A DNA stretch of 62,108 bases, filler included, from Nemertoderma westbladi (taxonomy: Eukaryota > Animalia > Xenacoelomorpha), in the NCBI GenBank assembly GCA_032718475.1. It is 3 parts of 3 records of this genome, joined end to end, with 100 filler letters (N's around TTAATTAATTAA, not from the genome) between each part and the next. Parts side by side here need not be neighbours in the genome. Positions count along the whole stretch, not along the records: positions 1 to 23,122 come from JAUCBJ010003986.1; positions 23,223 to 48,290 come from JAUCBJ010008718.1; 1 more part is not named here. One strand, 5' to 3'. Below are positions 11,866 to 24,850 of the stretch, piece after piece. The notes under the pieces were generated by a model. That model was not told where the DNA came from. It saw nothing but the letters and a program-made list of their open reading frames with translations, and ran no database searches. The number at the start of each line of letters is the position of its first letter. Positions within the stretch are counted from its first letter, which is position 1. A program made the position numbers and the translations under genes.

Positions 11866-14800
11866 TGACTGAATTGATAGAGGAAAACCTTGGTATTAAG
11901 GAGGGATATACGCAACCTCTACAAGCGTTTCTCGATAGTTTGTTGAGCGGTGACACTAGTCAATCTACGACTGCGGATGATGACCGTTACATCGAACCTC
12001 CGATGACTGGGGAACAACTTAAACGAGAACTCAATTATCGAAAATTCATCTTGCACTATACGCATTGCGATGGTACGTATATGGGTTTCTTAACTACTGA
12101 TCATCCTATCAACCTACATGATACTAATGATTTGGATACGGAGACAGAGGTGGTTTTATTAAAGTTTTACACACAATGGAGTCGAAATGACAAACCACGC
12201 ATCGAGCATGAAAGTTCTATTAGAAATCGGCTCGAAAGAGAAGATGTGGAAGAACCAGACAAACGTACGAACTTTTACGAATATCTGGAGTTCCTGCGAG
12301 AGACTTATCTCAATATCGCTAGCCAACAGCGATATTGGAAACTCGATATCCTCGATGGTATACATCCCAACCCCATGATCGAACTCAAACGATTATATTT
12401 CACGATGATGTACCTTACAGCAAATCGACCGCTACCTGTTATACCAGAGAGCTTCAAACAGATGGAGGAATACTGTAAGACGGGAGAAAGGTCACCAGCG
12501 TTTCATCTACAAGATATGCGTCTTTGGTATTATTGTGACGAATGAACCAATCAACCAACCAACCAATCAACAAACGGAACGCCATAAGCACCCACGGAGA
12601 CGTTGCACTAAACATAGTTTCACGCGCTATACTTACGGGAGTTTTGAGCGAAACCTATTCGACGTGCTACCCACGTTCGCCTGACTCAAATGCTCCTGGA
12701 GTAAACCCTTGACCAGAATTCCGGAATACTCGGTCAGACCTCCCCATCCCTTAGTGCGACCACAAACTCTCGATCCTAAAAGTATAACCGACCCTCCTGA
12801 GTTATACTCTCTGTTCAAAGATCTAGTTCTACCCAAACAGTTAATCGGTGGCGTTTTAACTGTCGGCCCTATGGATATCCGTCCAACCTACCTAGCCGGA
12901 TTGTGACGAGGACACTTGATCTCCCCGTTCAACCCCTATAATCGGCCCGGTTTAGCAACCATCCAACCCATTACGGAAGTGGAAGAAAGCGTAGTAAAGA
13001 ACATGCTTGAAGCGATTCGTCAAAAGGTTGGAAAGGGAACTTACGACGTTTTAGACAAACGCAAGTTGCATCAACAGGTGCAGGCTGTGAAGGAATTGTC
13101 ATTACCGCAATTTGATCGAGAGATTGAAGAGTTAGAGAGAGATATTGAACTTAGACATACATATTCGTTACAAGAATTCTTGGGTGATCGGTTTCGTAGA
13201 CAAGAAGAGATGAATCAGCTCGAGGAGAAACAGATTGAGTTGAACGAAAGAGAAGAAGCCGCTTTAGCGCAACCCGAAGCGCAAGTACTCATGACTGACC
13301 TCTATTCGAAAACCATCATACACCCCTTGATGATTCCCCAGTTTGGCTTCAACTCTTTGCCACTGCACAACCCCAACCAGTCAACACCGATTTGAGATCT
13401 CGTGAACTCATCGCTGACGCCCCCATGCTACAGCATTCTCCAATTGAAACCACTCGAGTAGACGGTATACTGGTGGAACCTCTGGAATACCGAGCCGACC
13501 TTATCCATCGTATGGTGCAAGAGGTTATTATGCGAGCGAGACCCTTGTAAATCTCATTCTACGGCATCAAACATTATCCATATTACGTCCATTTGGCTCA
13601 ATATTATATGGTGAAACCTGAGGATCCTACGCACAGCTTAAGATTTCTACCTCTAATAAACCCTTTCGATGTTGTTGAATTAGAACAGCTTCAAAAACAT
13701 CTAGACCATTTGGTTAAGTCGAACTCCTTTCGAAAGCCCTATACTGTTGCGAGAATCGAAAAGGAAGTTCCCCCTCCTTACAATCTTGATGGGTTCATCA
13801 AAACTCGATTAGTCCATTGGAATTTGAATGTGTTGTTCAAAGAAGAACGCATACAACGCTATGGAAAAGAAGATACACACACTATGCACTATTTGAAATA
13901 TTGTGATCTCCCTAATGTGAGTGATAGAGCGACATTGTGGCACCCTGTAGATATGACTTTGGAAAAGGCCACTGCCAAATGGAATGAAACTCAAAATATT
14001 ATTGAAATGTGTGGTGTCGTAACCTATGACAATGAAGGCAGAGTTCCTGTTGGAGAACTTGGAACCACGAGATTAATCCATATTCGAGGATTAGCCAGTT
14101 CTACACACGTCTTTACTCGCACTTGCTCTGACGCAACGACTTGCTGACGAGTGCTCTGACTTTTGAAACCCTAGCATGAGAAGCGCAAAAGAGACTTAAA
14201 CACGAGCAATTCGAACTCGCACGGCGATACGTCCTGGATACCGAGCAGAAACCAGCTATGGGAATAGATGGATCCATGCTCCCGCAACCTGTATTAGAGA
14301 TGCTATTCGACGAGAGAATAATTAAAGTCAGTTCTGCGATCTACGGATATCTTCGGAATGATTTTAGGAATATGAATAATATTCCATATCCGTTCGTAGA
14401 TACCCAGCTAATAGCACCTTGGGTGGAAGGCAGAGGATTTTTCCGAGCTATGTACTGCACTACGCCGAGTGGGATCAACAAACTTCTATAGGACATTTAG
14501 CGTATCAAGAGTATGGATGGAATTTTAAGATTGGGAATCTGCTCAACTATCAGCAAGTCTATGGCGACCATTATTCCCGTTTATATTTCGATGGACCATT
14601 AACGGCACCAGGAGCGGTTTATAGTTTTATGAGTGTGCCCATCCGTCCCTCCTTAGCCATTTATACCATATTCGAAAATACAGCCCTTTCCGGATGGTTA
14701 GCTGATGTGTGCAGTCGCACTATACGTTTACACCCCTTAATCTTGGGAACCAAACTCGCGAAATTAGATGAACATAACAAATTCATCCGATTTGAATGTT

Positions 14801-15600
14801 TCAGGTGCTTTCTGACTCCGTTTCGGAATGTTGATAGTCAGTTTAAAGAACACGCACTGACCAAACTCAGCCTGCGAGATTCCACCACTGAGAAATTAGA
14901 TAGTGCCGGATTCGCTATCTTCAAAGACGTATGCATACAGAATATGCATTCTACTGTCCTACAGAGACCTAAAATCCTTTCAGTATATTCGGTTATGGAA
15001 ATACAAATTGTAGAACCCACACCTAGAATGACTACACCCATAGAAATTCTGCTGACTGACGAGGAACCCATTTGTATGGGGGCGGATGAAATTTAACCCA
15101 CCGTCCCTTGTAGTAGTGATGATGACCACAAGCTGGAGTGGTATCAAGGCCCACAACGTCTCACTGCCTATGATTACTGACACACCAGCTATGTATCTAG
15201 GAAACGCTGCCATTTATGTGCTTCCCGTGATCACACCACTACTTTGACCTCCGACGAACTTTGTTCCTACTTCAAAGATAAACCCCCAATGGAGATATAT
15301 TGTGCTTATTGTCGAGTCAATAATCAACATATCTTCGCAGTCTGTCCACAGTTCATGACACAATGTCATTACTGTCATTTAAAGGGACACGCTAGTTGGG
15401 ATTGCCCTTTTAGCCCCGACATGCTACATTTTCCCCTACATTCCCACAAAAACCCAAAAGCTCAAATTACGAAATCACTAGCCATTGGATATTATTCTCT
15501 TTATTTACATGTTCACATGTTAGTCACCGTCCAATCAGTATACCTTCCCCCCTACGTCACCCCATACACTGAATTACCGGATCCATTGGTTACGGGTTGA
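11866..15600 (+). pseudogene. Fragmented long ORF region with coiled coil, DnaQ/DEDDy-type 3'-5' exonuclease domain and C-terminal CCHC Zn knuckles; probable retroelement accessory ORF
   Basis: Collinear + strand ORF pieces 11766-12545, 12709-13395, 13593-14147, 14258-14491, 14419-15096, 15244-15600. Exonuclease-like motifs in order: VVTYDNEG, RLIHI, LPQPVLEMLFDERIIKV, FVDTQ, SIGHLA...GWNFK, PLT....Y. Then CAYC....H....C and CHYCHLKGHASWDC. Confidence 0.65.
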
Positions 15601-16179
15601 TGGCATGGAAACTGGTCCCTGATTGGGAGTTCTTGCATGTTCCATACGTTCTACGACGTTCCATATGATTCATGCTTTGTGAACTACTTGAGGCAAGAAT
15701 ATTCTGGCAGGCCTTCAGTAGAGTTGTGATTACCTTATTCACTTCCTAACCCTTTTTGCCCAGAAACACCAGTGGCTAGAAAGATTACAGAATGCAAATC
15801 TATTAAACGTTTACGTTTGCATTCATTTAACCATCCTTCAATACTCACTGCAATACATACTGACTGTCTGATATTGCCGCAACACTGCATTTTTATATTC
15901 TGTTGTTATTGTATCATATGGAATCATGTTAATAGTTGGAGAATACTTACGAATAACCGGTAGATGTCTTGGTTTTCATGATCATTGAGGTAAGAGGAGG
16001 GGTTTACTATTCACAATTAAACATTTCATTTCATTTAATCACCAGGGCAGAAATAACTCCAGAAAGATAGTCTATATTTCCAGTTCAAATAACAGTGGTA
16101 TGTATCAGTTTATGCTGTTTCATAGTCCCCAACGTACGTGAGTTAAGTTCTTCCTATGCAAGTAAAATCGGTGACTGTT

Positions 16180-16590
16180 GGCAAAGTTAGTGTGTTTTAG
16201 TAATATTACCCGTCCGTGTGAGAGTGTGAAGTGAACGTTCAATAAATACATTCCTAAAGGATGTAAACATTTGCGTTATCTTATGCCCACCCATTGTAGT
16301 TAGTATAAGTCATATTTCTGCGTAGTATTTAGAGCGCAACACCTGAAAGGAACTCTCAGTATTTAACGGAAAATAAACATAGTTTTTGGAGATTATATAG
16401 TAAAGCTCGACCAAATAATACAAGGTATCCTACGGCTTGTTCCTACGACTTTCTACCATCGAATCCAGTCTCCCACCTCCGGTGGGTCACAAAGTATCCT
16501 ACGTCTTGTTCCTACGACTTTCTGCCATCGAATCCAGTCTCCCACCTCTGGTGGGTCATACGCCGCGCTAGACTGGCTTCGACTGTGTTC
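16180..16590 (+). repeat. Dispersed repeat family copy 1 (others at 51445-51770 and, inverted, 47430-47730)
   Basis: Shared blocks tacattcctaaag.atgtaaac, tagtttttggagatta.atagta and agtctcccac...ggtgggtcatacgccgcgctagactggc.tcg.ctgtgtt. This copy has an internal ~68-bp tandem duplication at ~16423-16558. Confidence 0.8.
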
Positions 16591-16957
16591 ATCTGCACTT
16601 ACATAAATCTATACCGCCGTGGGGACAAGTTTGTTGTTGTAGTGCTAGCTGCTAAACACACCTCAATTGAAATAGCTATAAAAAACAAGAACGGGTTGAG
16701 ATCTCGAAAAACCGTTTTCAGATTTGAAATCTCCATTAAAATTAGGTTTAGAATCGATCATAACCCAAAAAGAGAATTTTTAACCCCATATGGCGGCAGG
16801 CTTGTCCCAATTATTCTAATAAATTATAATAAAATAATCACTATAATTATTATGCTGCACACAACGACCGTTTGACCTACAGTACTGCAGTACACAGTAA
16901 GTTTACTTTACAGTGTGCTATTTATAATAATACCAGAATACCGTTATGTAATAATAC

Positions 16958-16999
16958 CAAGGCCATCTAAACAACGTTGTTTAGATGGCCTTGAGCTTG
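16958..16999. mobile_element. 42-bp palindromic micro-insertion with 8-bp flanking duplication
   Basis: Perfect 36-bp palindrome CAAGGCCATCTAAACAACGTTGTTTAGATGGCCTTG plus AGCTTG, flanked by AATAATAC at 16950-16957 and 17000-17007. Confidence 0.65.
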
Positions 17000-17036
17000 A
17001 ATAATACCAAGGACTACTGACTAACTAATACCGACT

Positions 17037-17270
17037 GACGAGGAACTGGACGCAATAAAAATTCATCCCTCTCCAGGGGAAATTGGACGCAAATATCAGA
17101 TGATTACTCTCAAAAATAAAACTGTAACCTGTTCAATTGTGTTTAGTTTATTGTTTTGGTTAAAATAACGTGCCACTGTAACCTGCTGCTTTCCCTAAAT
17201 TGAGAATTTAACATTGAGGCGGGATATTAATTTGCCAAGGCTGGTTTTGCGTCCAGTTTCCCCCCTGTCT
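17037..17270. mobile_element. Short MITE-like dispersed repeat; inverted copy at 42175-42365
   Basis: Imperfect terminal inverted repeats (aactggacgcaa / ttgcgtccagtt). The body matches the reverse complement of 42175-42365 and shares aaccaaaacaataaac with the subrepeats at 36553-36960. Confidence 0.7.
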
Positions 17271-17436
17271 CTGTATTGCTGAACTGCAGTACTGCTGTAT
17301 TTGATACTTATTTATTACAGTATTAAATTCAGTATCGGTAATTCAGTAAATATAAATAATAATATAATATCTGAATATTAATAGGCCTAATCATTATTAT
17401 ACATTTTTTTCATTATCAGTAGAAAGAAAGACAGAC

Positions 17437-19317
17437 ATGTCTTATCTAACAACTCTAATGATGGGTTCTATAATTAGTGGGTCTGTTGCCGTATTCACGG
17501 CTTCCCTTGCCGTGGTCTACAAATTAAATCTGTTATATATTCGTGGCAACCCGCCGGACAAGCAGTCTAAACGCAACGGCGGGGAACTCGTTGCCATGGT
17601 GCTAAAGCAACACAAAGTGAAACATCTGTTCACTCTGTGCGGCGGCCACATATCGCCGATACTGGTGGAATGCGAGAGGGCTGGAATCCGAGTGGTTGAC
17701 ACTCGGCAGGAAGCCACGGCCGTGTTCGCCGCCGACGCCACCGCTAGACTCACTGGTGGCGTCGGCGCTGTGGCGGTAACCGCGGGCCCCGGAGTTACGA
17801 ACACGGTAACCGCGGTTAAGAACGCGCAGATGGCCCAGAGCCCTGTGTTGGTGATGGGCGGCGCGGCGGCTTCTATTCTTAAAGGTCGCGGCGCCCTGCA
17901 AGACATACCGCAAGTTGAGTTGTTCCAAACAATATGTAAGGGGTGTTTCACAGTGAAGGTAGTCCGGGATATAATTCCGGTGTTAAGAAACGCAATCCAA
18001 TTGTCTCAAAGTGGCACCCCCGGTCCGGTATTCGTAGAGTTTCCAATCGATGTTCTTTATCCCTACCAACAGGTTTTTAACGAAATCGGAATAAATTCTT
18101 CCGGGAAGAAACGCGGGTTCCTCCAGCGGATAATAAATTTCTATCTCTGTAATTACGTTGATAATTTATTCTCCGGGGCCTGGTTGCCTAGAGATTGCAC
18201 GTCACTTCCACTCGATATCCCGTTTATTTCGGAGGATAAACTCACTCGCGTTGCAAAGTTGGTGAGCCGGAGTAAGAAACCGTTGATTCTTGTCGGGAGT
18301 CAGTCGACGTTGCCGCCCAGTCGTGTGGAAGCGGTTCGCGCGGGGTTGGAATCCCTAGGGATCCCTTGCTACCTGGGCGGGATGGCTCGCGGGCTGCTGG
18401 GCAAACGGAGTCCGACGTTCTTCCGACAACGTCGCCGCGACGCCTTAAGGGACGCGGATCTCATAATCCTTGCCGGATCCGTCGCGGACTTCCGTCTCTC
18501 TTACGGACGTGTTCTACCGCGAAACGCCAAGATAATCGCGGTTAATCGTGATAAAACCCAACTAACGCTCAACTCAGATATGTTCTGGAAACCCACAGTC
18601 GCGGCCATTGCAGATCCCGGAAACTTTATAGTTCGGCTTTCCGAGTTGTTAAAAGGAATGAAAGTCGATGCAGATTGGCTGGGAAGTCTTCGGTCACGTG
18701 ACGATGAAAAGGAACAGGAAAATCTAAAGAAATCTTTAGAGAAATCCGATAAATTTATCAATCCGTTGAGTTTATTGCAGAGAGCCGAGTCGTTTCTCCC
18801 GCGCGATCTCGTCTTGGTTGCGGATGGTGGCGACTTTGTGGGTTCTGCAGCGTACATCCTCCGACCGCGGGACCCATTGACGTGGCTCGACCCCGGGCCG
18901 TTCGGGACCCTGGGGGTGGGCGGTGGGTTCGCGTTGGGGGCCGGGTTGGCTCGTCCTGGGACCCGAGTGTGGGTGGTCTTCGGCGACGGGTCGCTCGGTT
19001 ACTCCCTCGTCGAGTTCGACACGTTCGATCGCCACGGGGTGCCGGTGGTCGCGTTGGTTGGCAACGACGCTTGTTGGTCTCAGATTGCTAGGGAGCAGGT
19101 TCCGATGCTAGGAGCGGCCACCGCTTGCAATCTCTCGCACTCAGACTACCACTTAGCTGTATCCGCCTTCAACGGAGTCGGTCTGCTCCTGGATGACCCC
19201 GACAAAGTCGACGATGTTCTCAGAGAGGCAGACGCAGCCTATAGGGAAGGCAAATCTGTTCTGATAAACGCCTTAATAGGTAAAAGTGATTTCCGATCAG
19301 GTTCCATTTCCGTTTAA
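17437..19317 (+). CDS. ILVBL: Acetolactate synthase-like protein / 2-hydroxyacyl-CoA lyase 2 (TPP-dependent), single coding exon, 626 aa
   Basis: N-terminal hydrophobic anchor; GGELVA...[13 protein letters not shown]; [14 protein letters not shown]; TAGPGVTN; [15 protein letters not shown]; [16 protein letters not shown]; TPP motif GDG...GNDACW; C-terminus [11 protein letters not shown]. Confidence 0.96.
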   Translation: MSYLTTLMMGSIISGSVAVFTASLAVVYKLNLLYIRGNPPDKQSKRNGGELVAMVLKQHKVKHLFTLCGGHISPILVECERAGIRVVDTRQEATAVFAADATARLTGGVGAVAVTAGPGVTNTVTAVKNAQMAQSPVLVMGGAAASILKGRGALQDIPQVELFQTICKGCFTVKVVRDIIPVLRNAIQLSQSGTPGPVFVEFPIDVLYPYQQVFNEIGINSSGKKRGFLQRIINFYLCNYVDNLFSGAWLPRDCTSLPLDIPFISEDKLTRVAKLVSRSKKPLILVGSQSTLPPSRVEAVRAGLESLGIPCYLGGMARGLLGKRSPTFFRQRRRDALRDADLIILAGSVADFRLSYGRVLPRNAKIIAVNRDKTQLTLNSDMFWKPTVAAIADPGNFIVRLSELLKGMKVDADWLGSLRSRDDEKEQENLKKSLEKSDKFINPLSLLQRAESFLPRDLVLVADGGDFVGSAAYILRPRDPLTWLDPGPFGTLGVGGGFALGAGLARPGTRVWVVFGDGSLGYSLVEFDTFDRHGVPVVALVGNDACWSQIAREQVPMLGAATACNLSHSDYHLAVSAFNGVGLLLDDPDKVDDVLREADAAYREGKSVLINALIGKSDFRSGSISV

Positions 19318-20422
19318 ATTCCTTCTAATTTTATTTATTATAATTTATAAACCCGAAGTTAATACTTAATACTTAATAATATATTAATTTTAATATATTT
19401 TAATTTTATTATTTACATTCCGTTATCAATCTAAATTGTAAAGATGTATTGATGTGGAAATGTATATTATAATTTCTTCAAATTGTCAAATACTTAACAA
19501 ATCGAAATTTGCATTTAGATTAAGTTAGTATTTAAGAAGTTAAGAAGTTAGTATTACTCGTGGAATAATTTATTGGATACGATGCAGTTCATTTCACATT
19601 TTTTTTGTTGATTTTGTTTCATATAGTAATATATTTTACCTATGAATGTGTCAGGCAATCTTAACAGATTGCGCAAGTACAATTAATTAGGAATAAATGA
19701 TATTAACTACAGCACTCGCTAGTATACTTTCAATTGTATGCCGTATCCAATTCTCCAATTCTAGTTATGTAAATTATTTATTTGTGCTACTGTAATCTAC
19801 GAAACTTATTTATTACCTATTTTTATAATCTGTATCATTATTATGCCTTTAATTATATATTTGATAATTGTTTATTAATTAAATATAATTATAAATTATA
19901 TATAATTATATAATTATAGGGCTTTATGGAATGATTAATTAAATTGCTGGTTTAACAAATCATTGATACATTAGAGAAATATGGAGGATACAAGACCGAA
20001 GTATTATTATTATTATTTGCTTTTATTTATAACCAAATAATTAGTTTTGGTTGTGTTCCCGGTGAAACTTTTTCATAAAGATTTGCAGGTACAACCGGGT
20101 CAAATGTTCACATAATTGTGTCATCATTTCAGCAAACTAAAGTCACGTTGTGTCGCCTTCCCAGCATCGTTATGAAGCTGTTAGATCTCGTATGTTAAAA
20201 GATATCACTTTACATATCGCTTATTGTCATTGGATTTTAGATATTTTGACAGATTTTGAATCTCTACAACTTCATATTTCCATCGGTACCAACGTATGGC
20301 TTTAAGGGTGAGAAATAACTACAGCATTATAGGTTCATTATCGACGTAGGCCAATTTTACTTTTCTGTAAACACCTAGAGACTTGTAAACCAAGTGAGGG
20401 GGGAGGTCAAACTATCTCTGTT

Positions 20423-20722
20423 TCAAATTGCATGTAATCTCTTTATGATTTGTGCAAGTGTGTCGCCCTGAAGGACTCCCCATAAGACTTGGAATGGATC
20501 TGTGTCACCATCAGCAGTAGACACAAATGTGGAGGAACCCTCGTACAATGAGTGACCTGATAGCTGTAATGATTTCCAATGTGATCTCGAAACAGAATCA
20601 AAGGTCATAAGTAAGTCAGCAAAAATAACAGCCAAATGTCTGTTTTTCTGCTGATAACCTTCCAAGCGCCAGAATGGTCTCTGTGGTTCCACGATCTTTA
20701 CGGTACCCATTCTAATTTCCAC
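20423..20722 (-). mobile_element. Decayed non-LTR (RTE-type) reverse transcriptase fragment
   Basis: RLEGYQQKN...VIFADL..FDSVSR and STADGDTDPFQVLWGVLQGDTLA; same type as the fragment at 60040-60600. Confidence 0.7.
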
Positions 20723-22849
20723 GTAGCAGTCTCTAAATTGGATCCCTGATGCGATTTAGTATAACTCTATTGTACAGCCCTGCAATCGAGATCAACAAGA
20801 ATCCATGAAATGATCCGAAGAGTGATAGGTTGCCATTCTTGATAACTGGCGCCAACTTATTTGTTACTTATTTGTTTTCATTTATTGTGGGACTCTCGTC
20901 GTTCTGTACATGTCCATGATTATGGGATGAATGACCTCGAAATACACACCAGGAAGGACGCCATCTACTCCAATGTCACGATTGGTCTTGATGCTCTTTG
21001 GAGCAGTCTTGACAGACTGCTGCATAAACTCAGTTCCACTGGTATAGAACTGTCAGACACACGATGTATTACAAAGTTATCAGGCAATTTGTTATTCTTC
21101 CATTTACATATGCTCTAGTTATAATGTTTATTTTTTAATGTACGAAAGGAATAAAATACGATACCTTGTCACTGTTTAGGAGCTTCCAATAATTGCAGGG
21201 ATCTGCTGGAGATTCAGCCTTAACCTTGGCATTTCCACCCATTCATCAGGTTGATCCTGATGAATCCCTCTCTGCAGGCATCCATGATTGCCTGCAGGCA
21301 TCGGTATTGTTGATAGCCTGAACCAGCTTATTGATAAGCTCCAGTGACCTAGGTACAGCATGAACTGCATCCTTGGTGGTCCTAGTCTGCCAATGGCGAG
21401 GTAGATCTCTTAGTTCTGCCAACTCCACCCCCCCCCCCCCCCCCCCCCCTCGCAATCTGGCCTCACTGGTGGCCCAGGGTTTGGGCCAGAGAGGTTTTCA
21501 GGAAACGGAATCAAATAATTGTTGACCACTCTCTCTACAATAGGGGATGAGACAGACAGCCGGTCAGGGGATAACTGACGCCTGTGAGGCCATTTGTGTC
21601 CGGTTATTCCGCTGGCTTAGTGACCGGACCTCTGCATTACTGTATGTTCCTTAGTGGGAGTTGGGGGTGCTTTTTTGCCGAGTCATCCCTCTGGGCAAAT
21701 ACCGCGCCCTGGTATGCCATTCCACAGGGTGGGAGAAGGCAAATAACCTTATTTCCAAGGTGTCCAAGAGATGGAGGGAGTTTGTGACGAGTACATTAGA
21801 AATATATAATTATTTAATTATTAGCAACAAGTACAACATGGGAGTTGTTCTAACTGACATTATATTAATATTCATCTCGCAATACAGCACCACTTAAACT
21901 GCTTCAACCTGGGTGGACACTGACAAGTAAGTGTAGCAAGTAATTAGTTACGGAACAGGTAAGTGTAAAAAACGAAGTAAAGGTTGTCGTGGTTATAAAA
22001 AATTGTCATTACCGCGGAAGTGCTTCACTCTGACGTCTTTGCTCCATAAACAAATAGGTTGAATTGATTAAGGTTGTTTTTACTCTAATCTTCCATTATT
22101 TATAAGTAAAGGATATAGAGAACTTGGCATATCCCCCCCCCCCCCCCCCCCCCTTCTCTATTATTTTCTGTCACTCTAGTGAAGCTACTGCAATCTGAAT
22201 AAATCACTGTGTAGCGTAGCGTGCTTTGCGTCAAGTGTGTCCCCTAGTGGGGTAATCGCATTGAAAGTTAATAACTGTTATATACTCCATTTTCCATTAT
22301 GTAAACTTGAATTGCTTTTTTAAAGGGCGAGGTTGATGTTTAAACAAAAAAAATTGACATTAAAATCCTCTCTATAACTACGGCATATCGTTCTCGCTAA
22401 TGTAGATGCACTTTTATTTCTGTCACTTTAGTTAAGCCACTGCAATCTGAAGAAATCCCGGAAGGGGGGGGAAGTGTCACCATGACCATTAATAAAATGT
22501 GTCATTTTCAGATCCCCCCCCTCCCCCTCCATATTTTTCTACAAATCTTTATCATATTACGTTAAATTTGAAACACAACTAAAGTCCATTTTTTAAATTT
22601 GGAAACAGCTTATTTTTGGTCATAACCTCGCGAGTTTTGCTCGTAGTCTTGTACGTTTTTGGGCTCATTCTGTTCGGAATATAACGATTTATTCAAATCC
22701 ACTTCCAATTTTATAATTTTATTATGTTTTCTCATTCAAAAACGCTGTGAAAAAAGCTTCGTTTTAAAAATTGTGTTACAAATATAGGTTTAGAGGTTTT
22801 TATTTCGCGTCACTGTAATTAATTAATGCCCAACTGCCTCAAAATCATA

Positions 22850-23122
22850 GAAAAATCATGGAAAAAACATAGAGAAAAAACATTGAGGAAAAAAAACTAT
22901 GAGAAAAAACATTGAGGAAAAAAAACTATGAGAAAAAAACATAGGGAAAAAACATAGAGAAAAAACATTGAGAAAAAAAACTATGAGAAACAAAACATAG
23001 GGAAAAACATAGAGAAAAAACATTGAGAAAAAAAACTATGAGAAACAAAACATAGGGAAAAACATAGAGAAAAAACATTGAGAAAAAAAACTATGAGAAA
23101 CAAAACATAGGGAAAAACATAG
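22850..23122. repeat. A-rich tandem repeat (~55-bp higher-order unit) running into the assembly gap
   Basis: Repeated catagagaaaaaacattgagaaaaaaaactatgagaaacaaaacatagggaaaaa. Confidence 0.9.
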
Positions 23123-23222
23123 NNNNNNNNNNNNNNNNNNNNNNNNNNNNNNNNNNNNNNNNNNNNTTAATTAATTAANNNNNNNNNNNNNNNNNNNNNN
23201 NNNNNNNNNNNNNNNNNNNNNN
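23123..23222. other. Artificial assembly gap/spacer
   Basis: 100 positions of N with a central TTAATTAATTAA (stops in all six frames); same layout as 48291-48390. Confidence 0.97.
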
Positions 23223-24279
23223 AGCGATGGGATGGGGGCTAGCCATGTATTGTGAGGTTAGGCTATGTGAAGATGAATATGCAATGGTTGGTGAAAAATT
23301 GCGATTTGAAAAATAGTAGAAGTTACCTGATGCTAAGTGTAGACACCCGAACACCTGTAAAATAAAGGTTGGTGATTGGATGCAGTACTAGCGTCGGGGG
23401 ACTAATAACGCCTCTAGCGGAATAAGCGGGAACTTGAGAAGTTACCATGGTTACGGATGAAATGCTGACATCTGATTGGTTGAAATAATAACGACCACCG
23501 CAAAAGGATGAAATGGTGGCTTCTGATTGGTTGCAGTACCAGAAATGGATGGTAATGATGGGCTACGGGTGACCATGAAGCAGTGTCATAGTATTGTATA
23601 CTACTGACACTAAAACAAATAATTCTAATTTACCTAAGTTACTTAATACTACAAATTACGTACAATTCGGGTGAGATTACAATCTCTAAATAAACACAAA
23701 AATTTACAAAAACACAAAATACGAATTTTCAGGGTAATTTTACAAGAAGTCTACAAACCAGCCTAACAAAGGGTTAGAAATCTGGTTATTACAACGGACA
23801 GGTTACTATGGTATTTGAAAATAATAAGTAGTAGTAAATACACTGCGCTGTCCAGATAGGAAAATACCACCGCCTGACGACCTATAGCCGTATCGCTATA
23901 GGTACTACGTTATGTATCACGGAGTGTTCCTACCTAGAAGTTAATATAGCTAACGTACGTGCCTATCAACCACTTTACAACACAAATATAATGCCTACAC
24001 TAATTACTTTCGGAAAGTACTGTACACTAAACCCTAAATTAGGTACAAGTACTTGTATAACAAATAATCAGTAGTTAAAAATACTTGAACAGCTAAAAGA
24101 ACCACGGTATCTGCTGGAGTGACCGGTGCACAAAATCACCAGTCTTTACCTACGCCGAGCAGCCCGTATAGTACCGGGGTTAGTTTAACTATAACGGTAT
24201 GTATAACAAACACAATTACTGTAGGAATAAACTTGGGGATATGAATGTTGCGAATAATCGCATAAACTCTGAATAATAA

Positions 24280-24850
24280 ATATTACGCTACGCGTACAGA
24301 CCATTCAAACAAAATGCAGACCAAATACTGACAGACTACTATCAAGCCTAAACAAACTACGGTATATGTAGACTCCGAAATGGTTAAGTAGTATGCGTTC
24401 TAACCCAGTAGTAGGACTTATTCTTTAGATGGGGGTTTACCTTACAGCTTTTGCTGCCCCTACTTCCTAACCGTTCTTTATCGGACAGATGCTTTACACA
24501 CACCGAAATTTCCTCAAACCCAACAGCAGCCAGACAACTATCCAGCCTACAAATTATCTAAATAAATTATACGCTACCTGTACAGACTACACAAACAAAG
24601 TACAGACTAAACGATGGCAGACTACTCTCAAGCCTAAATAAACTACAGGACATGCAGACTCCGAAATGATTAGGTAGTATGCGTTCTAACCCAGTAGTAC
24701 GACTTATTCTTTAGTTGGGGGTTTACCTTACAGCTTTGGCTGCCCCTACTTCCTAACCGTTCTTTATCGGACAGGTGATCTACACACACTGCAATCCGTT
24801 CAGACTTAACAACAATCAGACAACAGCTCAGCCTACAAATTGTCTGTACA
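24280..24850. repeat. Two-copy direct tandem duplication (~285-bp period) within a probable minus-strand repeat element ending near 25015
   Basis: gactccgaaatg.tta.gtagtatgcgttctaacccagtagta...cccctacttcctaaccgttctttatcggacag at ~24371 and ~24657. The reverse complement of 25004-25015 (TGTGGGGCGAGC) matches the start of the element at 46754. Confidence 0.8.

Noticed and set aside
2660-16180. LTR pair, PBS and PPT for the BEL element
   Set aside because: No direct repeat found between 2660-3090 and the region after 15600; the purine run near 15993 is not followed by a recognisable TG...CA LTR.
17437-19317. Intronless acetolactate-synthase-like gene as a bacterial horizontal transfer
   Set aside because: The N-terminal membrane anchor and the C-terminal DFR.GSISV ending match animal ILVBL rather than bacterial IlvB.
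20860-21800. Short ORFs in a GC-richer patch
   Set aside because: Possibly decayed retroelement sequence next to the RT fragment, but no motif was clear enough to call.
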